From positions 608,001 through 672,000 of the forward strand of contig OZ219926.1 of NCBI GenBank assembly GCA_964291405.2: a stretch of DNA of 64,000 nucleotides, in the 5' to 3' direction. The translations under genes were made by a program, and so were the position numbers. Position 1 is the stretch's first letter. Every line of letters begins with the position of its first letter. This stretch comes from Thermodesulfobacteriota bacterium (GTDB taxonomy: Bacteria; Desulfobacterota; Binatia; Bin18). This document shows, piece by piece, positions 61,414-64,000 of the stretch. The notes beneath the pieces were generated by a model, which did no database searches, had not been told where the DNA came from, and was given only the letters and a program-made list of their open reading frames with translations.

Positions 61414-63081
61414 CTACATCTCCATGACAAACGGCAAGACAACAGGCCGTCGCCCAAGTGTCTTGCGAAAATAACGCCGTAAGGCCAGCCGAACCTGCTC
61501 CTTCACGACACCACTATCAGTCCGAGACTCGGCCGGTAGCTCATCAAGCATGGCGCGGACCACCTCTTTGGCGGCTGCATAGCCGTCTCCGTTCGTTGAC
61601 GGCAGAAAGCCACGCGAGAGTAGATCGGGTCCGCTCAAGAGTGCTCCGGTCTGTTGTTCCAGGCCGACGATGGCGACCACCAGGCCGTCCTCAGCCACGT
61701 GTCGTCGGTCACGCAGGACTTCTTCTTCGATCCCGGCCAACCCATCAACAAACACCCGGCCGGCGGGAACCGACCCGGTCAGACGAGCTTCCTCGGCATG
61801 TATCTCCAATACCTGTCCATCTTCGAGCAGAAAGACATTATTGGGATCAACACCCACCTCTCGGGCCAGCTCACAATGACGCGCCAGGAAACGATATTCT
61901 CCGTGTATGGGAACAAAATATTGAGGGCGCACCAGGTTGAGCATCAAGCGCAATTCGTCCTGGGCCGCATGACCAGACACATGCACACAGGCAATGGCCT
62001 CATAATACACCTCGGCTCCCCGTCGGGAGAGATGATCAATCAGCCGCGCAATGGTCCGCTCGTTGCCTGGAATAACCCGTGACGAGAGGATAACGGTATC
62101 CTTAGCCCCTAGCTGTATTCGCTTGTGATCTCCGACCGCAATCTGGGATAGGGCCGACAGGGGCTCACCTTGTGATCCGGTGGTGAGCAAGGTCACGGTG
62201 TGCGGAGCGCGGTCCGAGACCCTCGCAACATCGATCAGCGCCTCCTGGGGCAGCGGGAGGTGCCCGGTCTCCTCAGCAATGCCAATATTGCTCACCAGCC
62301 GTCTGCCCACAACGCCGACTTGGCGACCCTGTTTGACCGACAGATCAACAACTTGGCGTATGCGGTGAATATGCGAGGCAAAGGTTGCCACCAGAACCTT
62401 GCCCTGCGCGTGGGCAATAATATCCTCAAGCGGTCGGGTGATCGTTCGTTCGGACGGGGTGGAGCCGGCGCGCTCAACATTGGTCGAGTCGGACATCAAG
62501 AGTAGCACCCCTTGCTCTCCCCATTCGGCAAAACGATTCAGGTCGGATTGGCGCCCATCTATCGGCGTCTGATCGAACCGAAAGTCTCCGGTATGAATGA
62601 TGGTCCCGAGTGGTGTGGTAATAGCCAGAGCCGAGGCATCGACAATACTGTGCGTGACATGAATCCCTTCAAGACAAAAAGGGCCAATCTCCCAGGCTTC
62701 CCGAGGCTGGAATTCGTTCAGTTGAACCTCATCGTCAAGGTGATGTTCATGAAGTTTGTCACGCACTAAGCCAAGGGTGAACGGCGTTCCATAGACCGGC
62801 ACCTGAAATTCTTTGAGCAGATGCGGCAGAGCGCCGATATGATCCTCGTGTCCGTGTGTCAATACCACAGCCTGTAGATGGTGCTGCTCGCGCAGATAGC
62901 TCAGGTCGGGGATGACGATATCTATCCCCAACATCTCCTGTTCTGGAAACATCAGCCCACAGTCTATGGCGATCGCGACGGTTTCCGCAGAGCTGGCCGG
63001 ACAGTACTCAATCAACATCAGATTAAGCCCAATCTCGCCCAGGCCGCCCAGTGGCACAATACGCAGGCGACCCTCACTCAT
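61414..63081 (-). CDS. rnj: Ribonuclease J
   Basis: PLGGLGEIG, THGHEDHIG, HTGDF, GSQGEP, HVSGH, PIHGE. Confidence 0.96.
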   Translation of the reverse strand: MSEGRLRIVPLGGLGEIGLNLMLIEYCPASSAETVAIAIDCGLMFPEQEMLGIDIVIPDLSYLREQHHLQAVVLTHGHEDHIGALPHLLKEFQVPVYGTPFTLGLVRDKLHEHHLDDEVQLNEFQPREAWEIGPFCLEGIHVTHSIVDASALAITTPLGTIIHTGDFRFDQTPIDGRQSDLNRFAEWGEQGVLLLMSDSTNVERAGSTPSERTITRPLEDIIAHAQGKVLVATFASHIHRIRQVVDLSVKQGRQVGVVGRRLVSNIGIAEETGHLPLPQEALIDVARVSDRAPHTVTLLTTGSQGEPLSALSQIAVGDHKRIQLGAKDTVILSSRVIPGNERTIARLIDHLSRRGAEVYYEAIACVHVSGHAAQDELRLMLNLVRPQYFVPIHGEYRFLARHCELAREVGVDPNNVFLLEDGQVLEIHAEEARLTGSVPAGRVFVDGLAGIEEEVLRDRRHVAEDGLVVAIVGLEQQTGALLSGPDLLSRGFLPSTNGDGYAAAKEVVRAMLDELPAESRTDSGVVKEQVRLALRRYFRKTLGRRPVVLPFVMEM

Positions 63082-63902
63082 GGTGTGGCCCTATATTCGG
63101 TCTCACGGCCGTCTTGTTCACCCAGACGTTCCGGTTGTACGACTTGTGGTAGGGATGACGTCTGCTCGGCATACGTCGGTGAGGACTCGGCGGTTTTCAA
63201 CTGAGCGGCGATTGCCGCCTCAACCTGCGCCAGCAGGGCGCTACGGGCCGCCTTTCGCGGGCCGTCTCGACGAATCGGAATGGGTGTCCCAAAGATAATC
63301 TCAATTTCTCCAGAACGGACTTTCCAGTCTCCAGGAGGGAGAATCAATCGGCTGCCGTTAATCGTGATGGGGACGACCGGTACTCCCGCCTCTACCGCAG
63401 CCATAAAACCGCCAGGCTTAAACGGCAAGAGACGACCGTTCTCCCCACGCGTCCCTTCTGGGAAAAACAGGACGGAGATATGAGCACCAAGCAGCTCCTT
63501 GACTTTACGCAATGTAGCAACCGCCTGGGTCCGGCTGCCCCGGTCGACTAATATTTGATGGGTCCGATACATACACGCGCCCAAAATGGGCACTTTCCGC
63601 AGCTCGTGCTTTGCCACCCAACGCAAGGGGAAATCTTCGAGTGCGACCATCAGAGCCAGGATGTCAAACTGGCTCTGATGATTAGACATAAAAATATAGG
63701 CCGAGTGAGGATTCAGTTGACTCAGACCCTGTACACGGACGGACACGCCGCACGCCCACAGATTTCCTTTTGCCCAGAACCGGATGAGACGGGCCGCGCG
63801 CTCGGCATATGGATCAAAAAAAGAGAGGAGATAGATTGGGCCGCCCCAGAACACGGTATGCAGGACAATAAATGCCATGCGTAGTGTGGCAAGAATGATC
63901 AA
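63078..63902 (-). CDS. plsC: 1-acyl-sn-glycerol-3-phosphate acyltransferase
   Basis: NHQSQFD (HxxxxD), FFPEGTR, PVVP; TTG start behind AGGAG. Confidence 0.92.
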   Translation of the reverse strand: MIILATLRMAFIVLHTVFWGGPIYLLSFFDPYAERAARLIRFWAKGNLWACGVSVRVQGLSQLNPHSAYIFMSNHQSQFDILALMVALEDFPLRWVAKHELRKVPILGACMYRTHQILVDRGSRTQAVATLRKVKELLGAHISVLFFPEGTRGENGRLLPFKPGGFMAAVEAGVPVVPITINGSRLILPPGDWKVRSGEIEIIFGTPIPIRRDGPRKAARSALLAQVEAAIAAQLKTAESSPTYAEQTSSLPQVVQPERLGEQDGRETEYRATP

Positions 63903-64000
63903 AGACCGCTCCTCTTTACCCGCTCCCTCGTCTCATTCTTATTATAGTTTCTTCTCCAACTGGCCGTCAACGCAGTTGATTTTTCTCCACCTGGGCATAC

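Overview
Core-genome window from a Gram-negative (LPS-making), deltaproteobacterium-like organism (taxon is an impression from protein similarity, not verified). Almost all genes are on the - strand. In order: start of the S10 operon, tuf, rpsGL, rpoCB, rplLJAK, nusG-secE, rpmG, a second identical tuf, 12 tRNA genes in four groups, rlmB, lptFG, rpsI-rplM, lon-clpX-tig, an 11-subunit complex I operon (nuoABCDHIJKLMN, no nuoEFG) preceded by an Fe-S cluster (two Mrp/ApbC, DUF971, ferredoxin, FNR-like reductase, iscU, a second nuoB, an Rrf2 regulator), asnS, an NtrY-like kinase followed by a receiver-LpxC fusion, yebC-ruvCAB, a thiolase-like/DUF35/D-aminoacylase trio, lolA, ftsK, rnj and plsC. No CRISPR array, integrase or transposase seen. 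Strongest candidates for new biology: (1) a two-component system whose response regulator is LpxC, the committed enzyme of lipid A synthesis; (2) an Rrf2 regulon, with two visible promoter-embedded operators, linking Fe-S assembly genes to an N-module-less complex I with two NuoB paralogs. fusA and clpP are missing from their usual operons. All calls are from motif recognition by eye; no searches were run.
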